From Toensbergia leucococca (taxonomy: Eukaryota): DNA of 64,000 bases. The notes under the pieces were generated by a model. That model saw only the letters and a list, made by a program, of their open reading frames with translations, ran no database searches and had not been told where the DNA came from. The stretch spans positions 1 to 64,000 of the forward strand of contig JALDZS010000027.1 in assembly GCA_022813965.1 (NCBI GenBank). The letters run 5' to 3'. Each line of letters begins with the position of its first letter. Position 1 is the first letter of the stretch. Shown piece by piece: positions 38,901-54,924 of the stretch. Both the position numbers and the translations under genes were made by a program.

Positions 38901-39957
38901 TTTCCTTTCCGCTCACCCAAGTTCTGTTCGGCGGCGGAGGAGTCGGAGCATGTGGACTGTGGATTGTAGAGTGTTCATCAAAACGGGCGAGTTTGACGCT
39001 TAGGAAATAAGGTTTTCGGGAAGGGCCTCGGTCTCGATGCTCGATTCTAGAAAACTAGGCGAGCTAAGGTAGGCTAGTAGGGTAGGGTCCTACTTCGAAA
39101 TACCCTAGGGCTGCCCTTTCTTTCCTTTGCACGTGCCACTGGTTTTATGAAAACAACTTACGAGTACAACTGTCCTCTAATATTCCAGTCTTTGCTCTGT
39201 GTACGTGGAAGGATATTCTTCAAAGATACAACTTGACACACAGTCCAACTAAGAGACTTAATTCTAAGGTAGGTAGTCCACCTTGAACGTCGTACATTAC
39301 ACACCGACGTCATCAAAGCAATCTCCTCGGCAGCATCGTCTCGATGAGCAAGTTACATCGTTGAAGTATATGCATGAAGAGTGAAGAGAACCTGTGGCGT
39401 CTATGGAGGAAGACAGCAAATCTCCTCCGGACCCAGGAAACAATGCTTGAGAATACGCAAATATTCATTCCTCCGCAGATTCTATGTGTTTGGACCAAAT
39501 GAGTTATGTCTCCAATTAGCTGTCAAAAGGAACATCTCCGCCGTATTACTCATGTATATGTCTCGTTCACGCGGATCAATGTAAATGCTTGCTGGTGGAA
39601 TAAAATCTTTTGGTGGTCAAAAGGACCACTCGACTTGGCTTGTTCAAGCATTCAAACGAAAGTAAGCAATGAATCAATTGGACCATGAACGACTTCTAGA
39701 GCTAGTTTGTCTCCTGAAAGGCAATATGCTGAAGCTGAAAGCCAAGTGACCAAAAGATGAAGATTTTCCATTGAGTTCAAAAGCTTCAAAGCATCACAAA
39801 TTGTATCAATTGACGCTTTTCCCATGTGATGGAGAAACTCCCTATATACTGTCACATAGTTTCTCTCTCTGCAATACTCTTCACTATTCAAATCTACCAA
39901 CATTCAAAACCATCTTCGTACCTAAAAGCTCCTTTTTCAAGTACCAGCCTTCCCATC

Positions 39958-40498
39958 ATGTTCTTCCTATCCAAACCCGTCCTGTTCATCTCCTCTCTAT
40001 TCCTTGCCCTAAACGCCGCCGCCGCGCCTCTCGCCTTCACAAACGATTTCAACGCCGAGATCCCCATCGGTCAGCGTCTCACCCTCAGCTGGACCGGCGA
40101 CAGCACCGTAAGTTCCTCTGCGCAACAATCATCATTTGATCGATTCTGACACACAACTCGCACAATCTACAGCCCGTCAAACTGATTCTCCTAACTGGCT
40201 ATGATCCAAAGGCTCTCCAGCCTACCGAAGTGATCGGCAGTATGTCTCCAACTTCCCTCCTCTCTTCCTTCCTCCTTGTCTTTCTGCCTTTTCAGACTTC
40301 CACCCGAACCCCCCCAAGGAAAGCGCAAACAAATCCAAGCCCACTGACGCTCTCTCCTCAGTGACGCAAAAAAGCAGCTTTGTCTGGACGCCCTCGAGAA
40401 ATCACATCCCAGGCCCTTACGCCATCGAGATTGACCAACACGGCGACATCAACTACTCTCCTCCCTTCCAACTCACTGCACCATCTATGCCATACTAA
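39958..40498 (+). CDS. Small secreted protein with Kre9/Knh1-like N-terminal Ig-like domain, three exons
   Basis: Signal peptide MFFLSKPVLFISSLFLALNAAA; spliced frame ...G.RLTLSWTGDST|PVKLILLTG...|MTQKSSFVWTP...YAIEIDQHGDINYSPPFQL* with GT-AG introns at about 40108-40172 and 40240-40361. Confidence 0.72.
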
Positions 40499-41357
40499 AT
40501 GGTCAACCTTGCTGCAACATTGGGTATTGTAAATATGTTGAAGATGGTAATTTTAGGAGATTTGTAGAGAATAGTTGAAAGATCATCAAGAGTGGGGAGG
40601 AGGCAGGGTTGATAGAGTATTCCGTGCAAAATAGTCGGGTTTCTTCGACTGAATAAACCATCAAGGCTTGCATCGCAGACCCAGTTGACACCGAGACTTT
40701 ACAACCTGAAACCCATATCCACCCAACCCATCTATACTTTCTTCTTCCCACACATACTTTCATTTGCCAAAATGAAAAACTCATGACTCAACATCTAAAC
40801 AGAAAATACCTACTCGTATCAAACAAAACCCAAGCCCAATCAACCACTGCACAAAGAATTATTACTCTTGCAACCGAGGAAAGCACTTACTTCCATCTCC
40901 AGCACAACATTCAAGAGCACCGTCAAGACAATCAAACCCCCCCATCCGCCCCTCAACAAAAGAGAGAAAAAAAGCCCAAATCGCCTCAACTCACTCATGA
41001 AATTTCCAGTGCTCAACAGGAAATTTCCACGATAAACACAAAAAAGTCAAGAAAAAGTCAAAAAACGTCTCTGATTCCTCATAAACTTTATTTTCTAATA
41101 ATCTTAGAAAACAGGTACCCAACAATGCTCTCCGTGTTCTGAAATAGGTAGGTAGCGATTATATAGTACATCCACCCACTAATAAATTTCCCCGCGTGTG
41201 GCTGGAATGAGCCCTAATCCAGGAATTCCTCATTCCAAAAAAAAATGCTATGCATTGCCGGCTTTACAATGCTGTTCCTCCTGGCAGAATAATGCTGAAG
41301 ATATTGACAAGGCTCCCCCAATGCAAATAAAGTAACAGCCAAGAACACCCCCATTTC

Positions 41358-43643
41358 CTAAAACAAATGCCACCTTTTCCCTTTAACTTTTTCTTCCCTC
41401 TTTGCAGCATCAGTATTTTTCGACGGGTTGGTTTCAGTTCTGGATTTTTCCACAGGGAGAGTACCATCCGTCACCCCAGATGCTGCTGCCCGAATGGCAG
41501 CGATGCGATGTTTTGCTCGTTTGTCACCATCATCGGCAGCCCTGACGTACCAGACGTTGGCTTCCAGGGGATCTCGTCGACATCCGATTCCCATTTCCGT
41601 GAAGTATCCTACCGCATACTCGGCTTTGGGAAGACCTATCACACAAAAAGCTGTAAGCTGAGGACGGGATCAAATTCATCTATACACGGCCTACGTACCA
41701 GCTTCGGCCGACTTCTTGGCCCACTCATAAGCCTCGTTCTCATCCTTCTCAAGTATGGGCTCTGCTCCAACCATGTACCATGCGCACAACGCCATCATTG
41801 CCTGAGGATGACCTTGCTGTGCAGCTCCGTTATAAAAATGCACACTCAATGCAGGATCACGAGGACAAGTTAATTTCCCATGTTCGTATGCATCACCAAG
41901 CCTATAATTTGCTTCCATATGCCCTAAATCTGCTGACTGAGTGAAGAGTTGCGCTGTGTAAGATTCGTCTTGAAAGATGTCATCGCCGTAGCCCGTCTCG
42001 TGTAGAAGGCCAAGTTCATAAGGGGCAGAATTGTACTGGAAATCTGCTGATTCTGCTGCTCGTTTCAGCCATTTTAACCCTTCACGATGCCGATTACCAA
42101 GGCCCATATCGCCTGCAAGGCAGGCTCTTCCCAACCTTGACATTGCTCCTGGATGATTCTTGGACGCCGATTGACGGTAGAACTGCACTGCCTTTTGTGG
42201 GTCTTTCCGTGTTCCCCAGCCAAATTCATAGCATAGTGCTGCACGATAACCAGCCTCGGCATGGCCATGCTTACTCGCGGCCACGAATAACGGGAAAGAT
42301 CTGTCATTGTCTGCCGTACCCTTATTGAACAATCCTGATGCATAGCCGTCGGCTAAGTAATATTGTGCAAACGGGTAGCTTCGGTCTGAAAGCCGTTGAA
42401 GGATGCTTCTTGCTTCTCGCAACAAATCCGCCTTTGTACTGGGACTAGGTATGTCATTATAAGAACTTTCAAGATCTTTCCCCGGCATTGGACTTGGCTG
42501 TCGCTCAATGCCCTCATCCAGCCCATCAGCGCCGACTTCTTGGGCTGTATTAACCATGAAGATCGCGAACTCGTATTGTATGGCAGGATCATTCGTCTTT
42601 TTAACATTGGCACGGTACATTTCTAGTGTTTTCCCCGTGCTCAAGAGTGACGCATTGGTTCCAACAGCGGTTCGTAGGTGAGCATGATCAAGATTGGCAG
42701 GTGCTGGGGGAGGCTGAGGATACGGGACGTTCAACAGATCTACATAAGAGATGGGACGACTATCGGGCGATCTTCGGGAATTAGCAGATGGTGCTCGAGC
42801 ATACTGATTAGGCGAAAGCTGAGGGGAGCGTTCACGTCCTCTGGCACCAAGATCAGAGGCGGATGAGAATGCAGAAGAAGGTCGGGGCATTGTTGGACCA
42901 AGTCGATCTCTCCAGACAGGTGCCAAATGCCGCTTTGAGGGACCAGCATGATCGTCTGCTGAGGAAGAAGTTGGTGAGTCTGAAGTTGATGAGTGGATGG
43001 TAGCTTGTGAAGCTCGATTTTCGATTATGCGAAGTCCATTTGAAGCGGCAGAATACTGATGATGATAGTGCAACGGCTGAACGGCTTCATTAGGGTCCAG
43101 TAAGTTCTCAACGCTCCCACTCGATGCGTTTCTTGAATGAGATGGGCCATCGTTCGAAAAGTTCATGGACGGTGAGCTTGATTGCCAATCGCCTTTTGAA
43201 GATAATTTCGCCGTTTGCGGCTGTTGAATGTTATCGAGAGGTTCCGCGGTCTGCCTTTGCCTATATGGAAGAGACTGTATGATAGGTATGGTTCCACTAG
43301 AGTTCAAGGTTCGGTCCAGCCCTTTAGATGGTTCGTTGTCAAGCGGCGCTGAAATGGCGTAGGAATTGTTAAATCTCGACGGCGACACGCCTGACACTGG
43401 GGATGAAGGATCATCTCCGTATATTGGAGACAAGGGTTTTCTTTCGATACGAGCGGAAGAGTCGTTAGGAACGATTGGTAAGGGTTTCCGAGGAGACGTC
43501 TGTATGAATGGATGATTCAATGTTTGTTTGGGTGACTCTTCGGAAGAAAATGAATACGGCGAGCTTGCAGTAGGAGATGAGGTCCACCTCTGAGGAGGAG
43601 GAGAGGTGGTTTGAGGGTCGTTACAAATTCCGGCCCCAGCCAT
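41358..43643 (-). CDS. CHS4: SEL1-repeat chitin synthase activator (Chs4/Skt5-like), spliced
   Basis: Long Ser/Pro-rich N-terminus, TLEMYRANVKK, and SEL1 repeats (AQYYLADGY, FVAASKHGHAEAGYRAALCYEFGWG, ALCAWYMVG, GLPKAEYAVGYFTEMGIG); one intron at about 41638-41697. Start uncertain. Confidence 0.85.
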
Positions 43644-44742
43644 TGTCAATTGATTTTCTCAGCTGTATCTTCACAACAATACTAGGTATCCTGAGCTCTC
43701 CCAGCACTCTATCATTAATTCGACCTAACTTTCCACGCTGTCGTTAAATTCTAAGATACTTGCCAAGATACTTGGTAGCAGTGTTACAAGGCCTCTCGAG
43801 CACTTTGGCGCCGCAGGGCGCAGCTTGTAACAGATTTCGAATGAAGACGTGGAGATTGTGAGGCTGCTGATATCTGCAATAGCCTTTTACTAATGCAATC
43901 CTGCGCTGGGTTGGGAGGTTATTGTAGCTGAAGATGGTGAAACGAGGAGAGGAATGCGCTTTGCCTTGTTTCGACAAGATCCAATGAAGTGGACAGTGCT
44001 ACAGCCAGATACCAATCAGCAACAAGAAGGAATAGATCATGCATGGAATGAACGCAAGCATCCTTACATGAAGAGACTCAGCTAGGATTGTAAAATTCGG
44101 TACGACGCGGACGAAAAGTCAACACAGAGATTCTTTGTGAAGGACAACAGGCGAGGTACGAGGTTGAGTAGCTAGAGGAGGTTGCTCCGAGGTTCATAGC
44201 AGACTCGTCAAGATGCTCCCGGCAGTAGAGACTGTGAGACGGCGTCAAAGCCTAAAGGGAAGGTATGGCCAGAGACTTCCTCCGTTAGAGTATGGCCTTG
44301 TTGCTTTCACCCTTGGCGAGTTTGTCACTACCTTATTCTATTCTACGGAACGCTTTTAGGTGTTTCCGTGTAAACAGCTGGCCCGCACGTTCCTACCATC
44401 TCGGCCAAGAGTGGCTCGAACAATCACGCCATGTCTCTGATGTCCGGTACTCGGTAGCGGTCCTCCTAGTCCTGATACTCTGAACATTTTAAGGCTGCCA
44501 CTCGCCATTCTCAACCAAACAGAACGCCAAGCTTTCGTGTCGAAGTTCGGGTCGAAGCTCCTTCGGGACGAATGACGTTTTGTTGCTTTATTTAGCTGGA
44601 ACATGATCAATGAAGACCGTCGGCTAGAACGCGAGTAAAGAACTTGAACTTGACTTTGACTTTGACGAATATTGTTGCACTGAGTTGCTCTGCTTTCTGT
44701 AGAGGGCCAGAGTGCCAGAGTGCCTTATCCGATTGCATAATC

Positions 44743-46130
44743 ATGAAGCACCTAATTCTTGATCCCACGATTGCCAAACCACCAACTCGAGACCCTGCTT
44801 CCGAGAAAACCCTGGCCACCGCTTTACCCCATGCAAAACAGACGCATTTCCACCCAAACACATCTGGTGGAGAGAACGGTAGCTTGTTCTTTGTGGGTAC
44901 GGCGACGACAATATTGTATATTACGTCCTGTTCACCAAGTGAGCCTATCCTGATCGTTGCCTCAGAGAATGGGAAGGCATTCGGTTGATGACCGATCCTG
45001 TATGAGAGATGCTGCCCCCAAATGATATCTTAAGATTGATAAAGCCTCAGAACTTCCTACACGCCGGCGACCATGTGCATCTCGGACCGGGAGTATATCT
45101 CCACTCTGCCACAATCTGTCAAATCAAACAGATCTGAGTCTTTCTACTTTTAGGTGACTGGCACCAGGGTAACGAACCCTGCCGTAGATCTCCACGATCT
45201 CCCACGAGTAGATCTAATCTGCCTATCCCACTACCATGCGTACGTCTTTTGGTATGTCAAACTGTAGGGCCTAATTGAAAATGCAGCGATCATTTCGATG
45301 AGAAAGTGGAGCAGTCTCTTCGTCGGGATCTGCCGATTATCACTACTCCTCATGCCAAAGATCACCTCTCTTCAAAGGAGAATGGAGAAGCCTTTACCGC
45401 CGTGCATGATCTGGACTTCTTTGAAAGCATGCTTGTGGACATCAGCCCTAAGAGTAGAAGCAAGAATCAACCGTGTATCAAAGTCACTGGCATGCCCGGG
45501 AAACATGTCCCGCCGGGTGTACTTGGTACCATGAACGATTTTCTTAAAGCGGTAGGTGATATGATGGCATGATCAACGCATAAGGGATATCTTCGAGGTT
45601 GATGAAGCATTAGGTACCCCCAACGAACGGGTGGATGATGGAGCTTGGCTACAAGCAAGAGGCAGACAAATTCTACTGCGGTTATCGGTGAGTATCTTGA
45701 AAAATACATGCTCTCTCTAGCTAATGAGTGTAGCATCTACATTTCCGGTGACACTCTCATGGTCGACGAGCTGAAAGAGATACCAGAGCGATACAAGGGT
45801 CAGAACATTGACCTTATGTTAATTCACCTTGGTGGCACTACGATTCCCTCGCCATCTTTACCTCTCTTGATGGTGACCATGGATGACAAACAAGGACTGC
45901 AGCTTGTCCAGTTGATCAACCCTGACATGACTATCCCAATTCACTACGAGTACGTAAATTGGATCTCAAGCCTAAGAATATGCTCACTAATCAAACCTAG
46001 TGATTACGACGTTTTCTTGTCACCTTTGGCAGACTTCAAGAAAACTATAGAGAGAGCAGGGCTTTCAACTAAAGTCACATACTTGGATCGAAAAGATGTA
46101 TATCGGTTCAAGGTGAATGAAAGCTTTTGA
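44743..46130 (+). CDS. Metallo-beta-lactamase-fold Zn-dependent hydrolase (Lactamase_B_2/3 type), multi-exon
   Basis: FFVGTATTIL|EWEGIRLMTDP|NFLHAGDHVHLGPG|, LSHYHA|DHFD (HxHxDH), PGKHVP, IYISGDT and IPIHY|DYDVF. Confidence 0.88.
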
Positions 46131-46586
46131 AGCGGTTGAGACTCCACAGACCTAGAGAAAAGGTGTCTATCTTGAGTGTATGAGTGTGAAGACCAATTTC
46201 TCAATGTATGGGTCTGATTTGAATGATTTGAATGAAACTCATTAGTATTACTCTATGTCTGATGGCTTCTTTATTTACATGAATAAGATACTCTAAAGTA
46301 ATAAATTCGCCTCCTAGTCTTTCTATAGATTGCCGACCTAGCTCTCAGGACATCTATATGTAGTTCAATGAAAAAGGGAGTTGCCATGAGCAAACCTTTG
46401 ATGTCCACTTCCCCGGCGTGAATCCCGATTGCCATTTTGAGCCTAGCTTTGCGGAGTAGGGATACTCGAACCTCCGATGACATGCCAGCCCGACTCAATT
46501 TTAACTCAACGATGCTCATCCACACGCACATATTGTACTCACTCAAAGCCAACCCGCCGAAGCCAGACTCATGATTCCACCAAGAC

Positions 46587-47628
46587 ATGAACGATGATCT
46601 CACCGCCACCACCTCTGATTTGCTTCCAGTCCGCGAAGAATCCCCAAACACTCCCCTCCCACCAGAAGCCTCTAGCAGCAATGGCGACGACCGCCGGCGA
46701 AAAAGACAGAAGAAGAGAGCCTCCTTTCTGGACGACCTTGTCCGGAATATCGATATCATGATCTACTGCCAGTTGTCAGTTCTGTATTATATGGAGTAAA
46801 CACTCTCAGCCCCCAAAGCAACCATCCCACTTTTCAAGAACACACTCCGCTAAACTTTCTTTTTCTAGCTGCTCCCTCTCCAAATTTCTCATCCGCGCCC
46901 TCCCGGAATGGTTTTATTTCACTCCCAAACCTGCCATCTTCCCACCCCAACCCACCAACCGCCCCTATGTTGGCGCCATCTTCGGCACAAACATCCTCTG
47001 TCTTCTCATGCACACAATCTCCTCAGCTCCCGAAGCAGGTGAAGCCATGCGCGGCTACCTCCATGGCGGTCTCCTCATCGACTTTGTAGGCCAGGAAGGC
47101 CCCATCTCCAAAACAAAGCTTGTCCTACTGGATATCCTTACATTGGCACTACAGCTCCTAATGCTCTCCGTCACCCTCGAGCGGAGTAAGATGAGAGACA
47201 GTGACATTATCATATCTGCTTCAGGAGCATCGACGACTACCACCCCACATCAAGACCACGACTCCGAAGAGCGCGGCCTCCTCCGTCCAGACCCCACCAT
47301 CATCGAATCCATCCAACTTCAACCTCTTCCAGGCCGCACTGGCGGCGACGAGGACGCAGAAAGAGACGAGCTGTTAGCCGAACCACTCCCAACATCCCTC
47401 ACCGATCCCACCGAGCACCCTCTCGACACTTTCAGCACTGGAGAACACATGATAGTGAACCTACACATCCTCGACACCATCCGCTCGCAATGGTGGCAAT
47501 ATGGCAGCTTGAATACAACTACCTCGGACTCGGCAGCAGCCTCGGCTACTGGAGCCGCCGCTGCTACAGAAGGGAGGCGGATTGGGTTCAGGCTGAGGAT
47601 TGGGGGGAGGGAGCTGGCGGTCCCGTGA
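46587..47628 (+). CDS. DSC4: DUF1746 protein, Dsc4-like subunit of the DSC E3 ligase complex, spliced
   Basis: LDDLVRNIDIMIYCQLSVLYYM|CSL.KFLIRA, GEAMRGYLHGGLLIDFVGQ, LVLLDILTLALQLLM and QDHDSEERG. Confidence 0.82.
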
Positions 47629-48788
47629 GTTGAAGATTTTGGGGGTTTGGGTACTGAGGCGTTTCTGGGGGTTTTTTTTCTTTCTTTCCAAAGTGCCTAC
47701 GAGCTAGTGGGTAATGTCGTTGCACAGCCCAAAAGGGGGGAGGGCAGAAATGGGTTCTTATTTGTCTTCCAATAAAACTTTCTAATTAACTTTTTGTTGA
47801 TGAGTCACGGTCCGAGAAACGGAAGATTTTTTTCTGTTTTCTTTGTATTACCTTCAAGATTCTGTTCTTGGGGGGGGGGGTTTGTGATTGAAGATGTTTT
47901 TTGATGGAAATTTTGGGTTGTTGATAGAAGGTGTTTTGGGTTGGGGAGGGCAGGACTGGGGGTGAATTTTTTTTAAATTTGTGTTTTTTTTGGGGGGGGC
48001 GGGAGTAAGGGCGTTCGTTGGGCGGGAGGGTTTGAGGGGGTGGGCGCCGGGGGGGGGGATTGTGTACATTTGTGTGTTTTTTTTTTGGGTCCGGGGGGGG
48101 AGGGGAGGTGTGTGAGTTACCTTACTTTATTAGGGAGGTGCGTGGAGAGGTGGGGGGAAGGGGGGGGGGGAGGGGGGCGGGGGGGGGCGCGCCTAGAGGA
48201 AGATGCAAGCAAGCAAGCAAGCGCCCAACCAGCTAGAGAGCCAGCCCAAATCGAAAGCGATTTGACCGGTCACTTTTTTTTCGATTTAGAATTGCCTGGA
48301 CGAAAACATACTCGTCACCTATTGGCATTTCTCCTAAAAGCCGTTTTTTACAAAGAACAGTTCGCTTTTTGGGGGATCCGGGGAGTCCGGAATTTGATAA
48401 GAGAGAGAGGGGGAGGGAGATTCTGGGCCTGACTCCTCAGCAATGGCCCGCGTTGTTAGATTTGCTGCCTATGTAGGTCCTCTACTCGAGTACAATATGA
48501 AAGGATCGAGTGGACTGGGAGCTAGTCAGGATTTGTCACTCATGGTTTGGCAGAACGGCTCAGAACCCCGATCCGACTATTGACAAAACTCCGTGTAGAG
48601 TGGAAAGGGTTGCCTTCGACCTGGTTGAGTCACTCCCACAGTTTCTATCCCTCATGCAACAACGGGCCTACCTGTCCATCTCTTCAAAAGCGCGCTCATT
48701 TGTTGCGTCGGAGATCATCATGCACCCCGTCCTTCGATCGAGTTTTCCGCAATGCATTCCCGTTACCAGAGAGGGAGATTTGAGTCCA

Positions 48789-50919
<2,131 letters not shown>

Positions 50920-51601
50920 GACTGCGATCAAAAGGGGTCACAGTGGAGCAACAAGAAAGAGCAGTAGCACGACAAAAGAAGATTTGAAATGTAGACATGG
51001 GCTCTGTAATATATGGTGCTCTTCTCGGCCCCACCACTTCCCCCATCTTTTCTAGATGTCTGTGCAACAGGCTCATATGTATGCAGACAGGGGCAAAGAG
51101 TGGAGGAAAGGTAGGGATAGACGGTACTTGGACAGGTACCGAGGTCCAAGCTATTCTGAAGAAATGGCGGTTATGCACGAACGGAAGCATGAGTGGCATG
51201 GTGGCATGGTGGCATTTCATTGCATAAGATCGACCGCTTCCCCACAATAAATTGACGGAGATGTCACTTATGTCGTCCGTCTGGCTCGACTATTCTATTC
51301 AGCCTCAGAACTAGCTTCGTTAGCACGCCATAGTGACGTTGGTGACGTCAACTACTTAGCCTGAGTGGTGGAGCCTAGGTAGGTAGGTACGGAGTAGCTA
51401 CCAGTCAATTGTTAAGCGATAGACGAGGGAATTTTGATAGGTCGAGGGTGACTCGGTCCTACCTTTTCACTTCTTATTTCAATGGTTGGTGCTTGATGCT
51501 TGATGCTGGCTGGATAATGCCTCGGAAGAAAGACAACAAAGGCAGGTAAGGAACATGAAAAGAGGAAAAAGCTTGCGTGTCTCATTCTTGAGCGTTCTGA
51601 C

Positions 51602-52092
51602 CAGTGTTCTCAATAATTTATCAACTAACTATCAATTATTAGTAAATACTAATAGTTAGATAGTTAGTTGATGTAGTTTGAGGTTCTGTTAGGTAGTTGG
51701 TTAACTAGTTGATGATCCATACTAACTACTTAAATAATAGTTCACTAATAGTTCAGACTTTTCCTTGGTGTTGAGTTTTTTGAGGAGTTTTCGGAATCAA
51801 AACAATTCAAAATGGCGTGATCACTACCCAAATAGGTTTAGCCGTAGCTTGAATAGGCTTAGTGAAACACTCAAATTTTAAATGTTTCACCCGAACAGTC
51901 TTATCATCGTCAACCAACCATCAATTTATCAACCATGACTGAAAGTGACAATGAGGATAAACTAATAGTTCAACTATTAGTTACCATTAGTCAACTAGTT
52001 AAGGATTCAAACTACACTACTAACTACCAAAATCCTGGTAGTTGGTGTAGTTTGAGGTCGGAAACTAACTATTTCAACTATTGAGAACGCTG
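51602..52092. mobile_element. Non-autonomous hAT-like MITE (491 bp)
   Basis: Terminal inverted repeats CAGTGTTCTCAATA (51602) and TATTGAGAACGCTG (ending 52092), one mismatch in 14; flanking 8-mers GTTCTGAC/GACCTGAC match 6/8; AT-rich non-coding interior with many AACTA/TAGTT subterminal motifs. Confidence 0.75.
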
Positions 52093-52433
52093 GACCTGAC
52101 CTCTGAATCCGGCACTTCCATTAACCTTCATTTTCTAGCTCGCTGCAATGGCCACGTCAAAGTTAGCCTCTACTTAGTAAGATAAGGTACCCTCGCTGCA
52201 TTGGTTTCCATTTGACTTAATCACTGAATATCTGCAGGGGTTTACGAGCTATTGACAGCCAAAAGCCTTCAACATCAACCTCAGATCCTACAGCTTGAGC
52301 GCACCTGATCTCAAGTCACAACACATCAACTCATATCCTTGCTTGTGCCCTGATTTCTCCTTTTCACTCTCAGACGCCTACTCTCTTTTATATAATCAGA
52401 CACCATTAACTATTTGCACCTCAAACATACAGT

Positions 52434-54324
52434 CATGTCTTCAAACAACCACCTCCTGGCATCAGCCATCAACGCCTCACAAGACGTGAATCTGATTGAA
52501 TTTATTCTATCCTTGACGTAGTAACTCAATTGACCGCTCTAAATAAATCGCGGTCTCTGAAGTTGAATAAATCATCATTTTTCGCCTGATCTTCAGTCCC
52601 CCTTTTTACGACAGCAGTTCAAAATCTCAGCCTAGCTCAGCTCAGCTGAGAAAGAGGTCTTCTGTAGTGTTTGTTTGCTTGATCAGCCATGATATAAGTA
52701 TTGATATGAAGCGAATGTCGATTCTCCGGGCTTCTGGCGTATTGAATGTTCATTTTAAAATTGATAAAATCTGGAGAAGCTGTGTCGTCGTCGCCACACA
52801 AAGTTTAGTAGCTTGTTTCTGAGCAAAAACGGTACTTTCCCAGCGCTACCTAATCCGTGTTTTCCCAAGAAGGCAGCAGGGACCAGTGTCCGAAACCTCA
52901 TACTCTCCTGACAAGTTCCGCTATGTACTCAAGTAGATGAACCCTCACAGCTGAAACGTTTGTTGAATGCATTCAAGCTCCATGGATTCGATCTAAAAAG
53001 GACGCCGATCAGAAACTTTGAGAAGTGCCTCAAGGCTATAGACAGAGCGGTGCAAGTAATTGAAATGAATACTGACACGCCGAGGAAGCGAAGTCTACCG
53101 TACTTGTCATTGGTGATAGGATGGCAGATCAGATTGTATATTTCTAGGGTAGCAAATTGTGTACCAAATCAATTAGCATGGATTGGGGTGAGAAAGGTCG
53201 GAGCGGATGTTGATCAAAGATCATCAATATCCTAACCATTGCTAAGCTTGGTAATTGTGAGCGATGGCCCTCCTTTGGTTTGAACTTTTGAAGATGCCGA
53301 AAAAGGTCGTCGCGGCGGCCATTCAGTTGTTCGAACAGAATAGGGGTTCTCAATTGGAAGCGATGAGCAAGGGAGATGGAAATATCATGGGTTCAATGCA
53401 CGCTGAAGCGGTATTTTCATCATGAAAGAAGTTTTTGTTTTCTTCTTCGAGCTGCCCTCGTGCCTAAGTTGCCGCAGGGGGGGGGATCAACAGCATGCGG
53501 AATGCAGAAAAGCTCTCCTCGATGAGAATAGCTGTGCGATTAAATCCTGTTCAAATACCTCGGCTGCATCCAGGGACTATTTGCTGATTACCCAAATCGC
53601 TGGAAGAACAGAGCTAGATTCTGGCATTACTACTCCGATCGTCTCATCAGATCCTGAGCCATTCAGTCCCTCTACCCATTGACTCATTGCCTTGGAATCG
53701 AATAATTCTGCTACGTCAATCTGGAACCCCGAAAGCGATGTCTGAACAGTTTCTTGCAAAAGGAACGACGCGCTCCCGCACCTCTGACTCATTACAGAGA
53801 AGTAGGATTTGATGAAGCCTCGAAACTCGACCCTCAGGCTCAGCACACTGTTGTATATATTCTATTCAAAAAAGGATGGAATGGCAGTGGGCTTCTCAGA
53901 ATTGGCCGAAAGCTGATAGAGACATTCTCAAGCTCTGCGAGGTACTCTCTGTGACCCACTAAAACGATCTGGCAGTTGCGACTCGACCTCTGAAAGCCAA
54001 GGCCGTCCAATGGACAGGAACAGACGGAATCCTAGGGACTAATCAGCACTGCTTAAAAACGCGATCAATTGTAGTAGCTTGCGTGTAGCAGTCTGATGCT
54101 GACGCTAGCGGTGCAGAGATATCTCAAAGGTTTCTTGGATTGAGAGACCGAGTCGAGGTTTGTGTTTGAAAAAAGCCATTTGAGTAATCCAATTAGAGCC
54201 GTTGAAGATATCTATAAAGAGCTTTACTGGCGCAACCTCAGAGGTCTGAGCAAGTACTTGAATGATGCTCAGATCCTGTGTGAAATGACAAGATAAGACT
54301 CATTCACAGATAACATTTTGTGAG
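52434..54324 (+). pseudogene. Possible decayed orphan gene
   Basis: Several protein-like + strand segments with plausible GT-AG intervals, interrupted by in-frame stops (e.g. TGA at 52909); no recognisable family. Confidence 0.22.
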
Positions 54325-54924
54325 GAGTGACGCTTGATGTTAGAAATACTGAGAGCTTTTGTGAGAAAGGGCTGGTTATGTGTAGACGTATGATAGAACT
54401 GTAAATGTAGAAAAATGGATGAGAAAAAACCAAAAACTCAAATCAAAACAAAACAAAACAGCAGTCATTTTCCTCTCTCACACAACCCCCTTTTGTCACT
54501 TCTCATTTTTTTTCCCTTCTCTCATTTCCCCCCCCCCAAAAAGAAAAATTTACTCTCATCCTTACTCTCAATATATTGATTCTAGCCTTTACTTTTTCTT
54601 TCTTTCAAATGATGAATGGAAAATCAGCACCAAGCATCCCCCCTCCCCGCCTCCCCTTTACCCTCTTTCTCATGTTGTTTTTTCATCCTTGACACTGACT
54701 CATTTGAATTCCTTTCTGAAACCTTTTTTTATACATCTTTTTTATGAAAAAGATCAAAAGTGAGGGAAAAGGGAGGGTGTTTTTCTGGGAGAGAGAGAAG
54801 AATGGGGGATGAAGCGTTGGAATATACGATAAAGTCTACTCCCGCATCTATGCTTGCTGAAAAACAAGGAAAAAGGAAAAAGAGTCCAAAAACTCGTTAA
54901 AGTTGGTGCTTAGTAGAATCGCTC

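Noticed and set aside
47640..48200. G-run tract as a repeat array or element
   Set aside because: No regular unit, spacers or termini; treated as part of the skew phenomenon.
53396..53472. HAE...CLSC resembling a deaminase HxE/CxxC motif
   Set aside because: The two halves are in different frames, and the CxxC falls in what looks like an intron.
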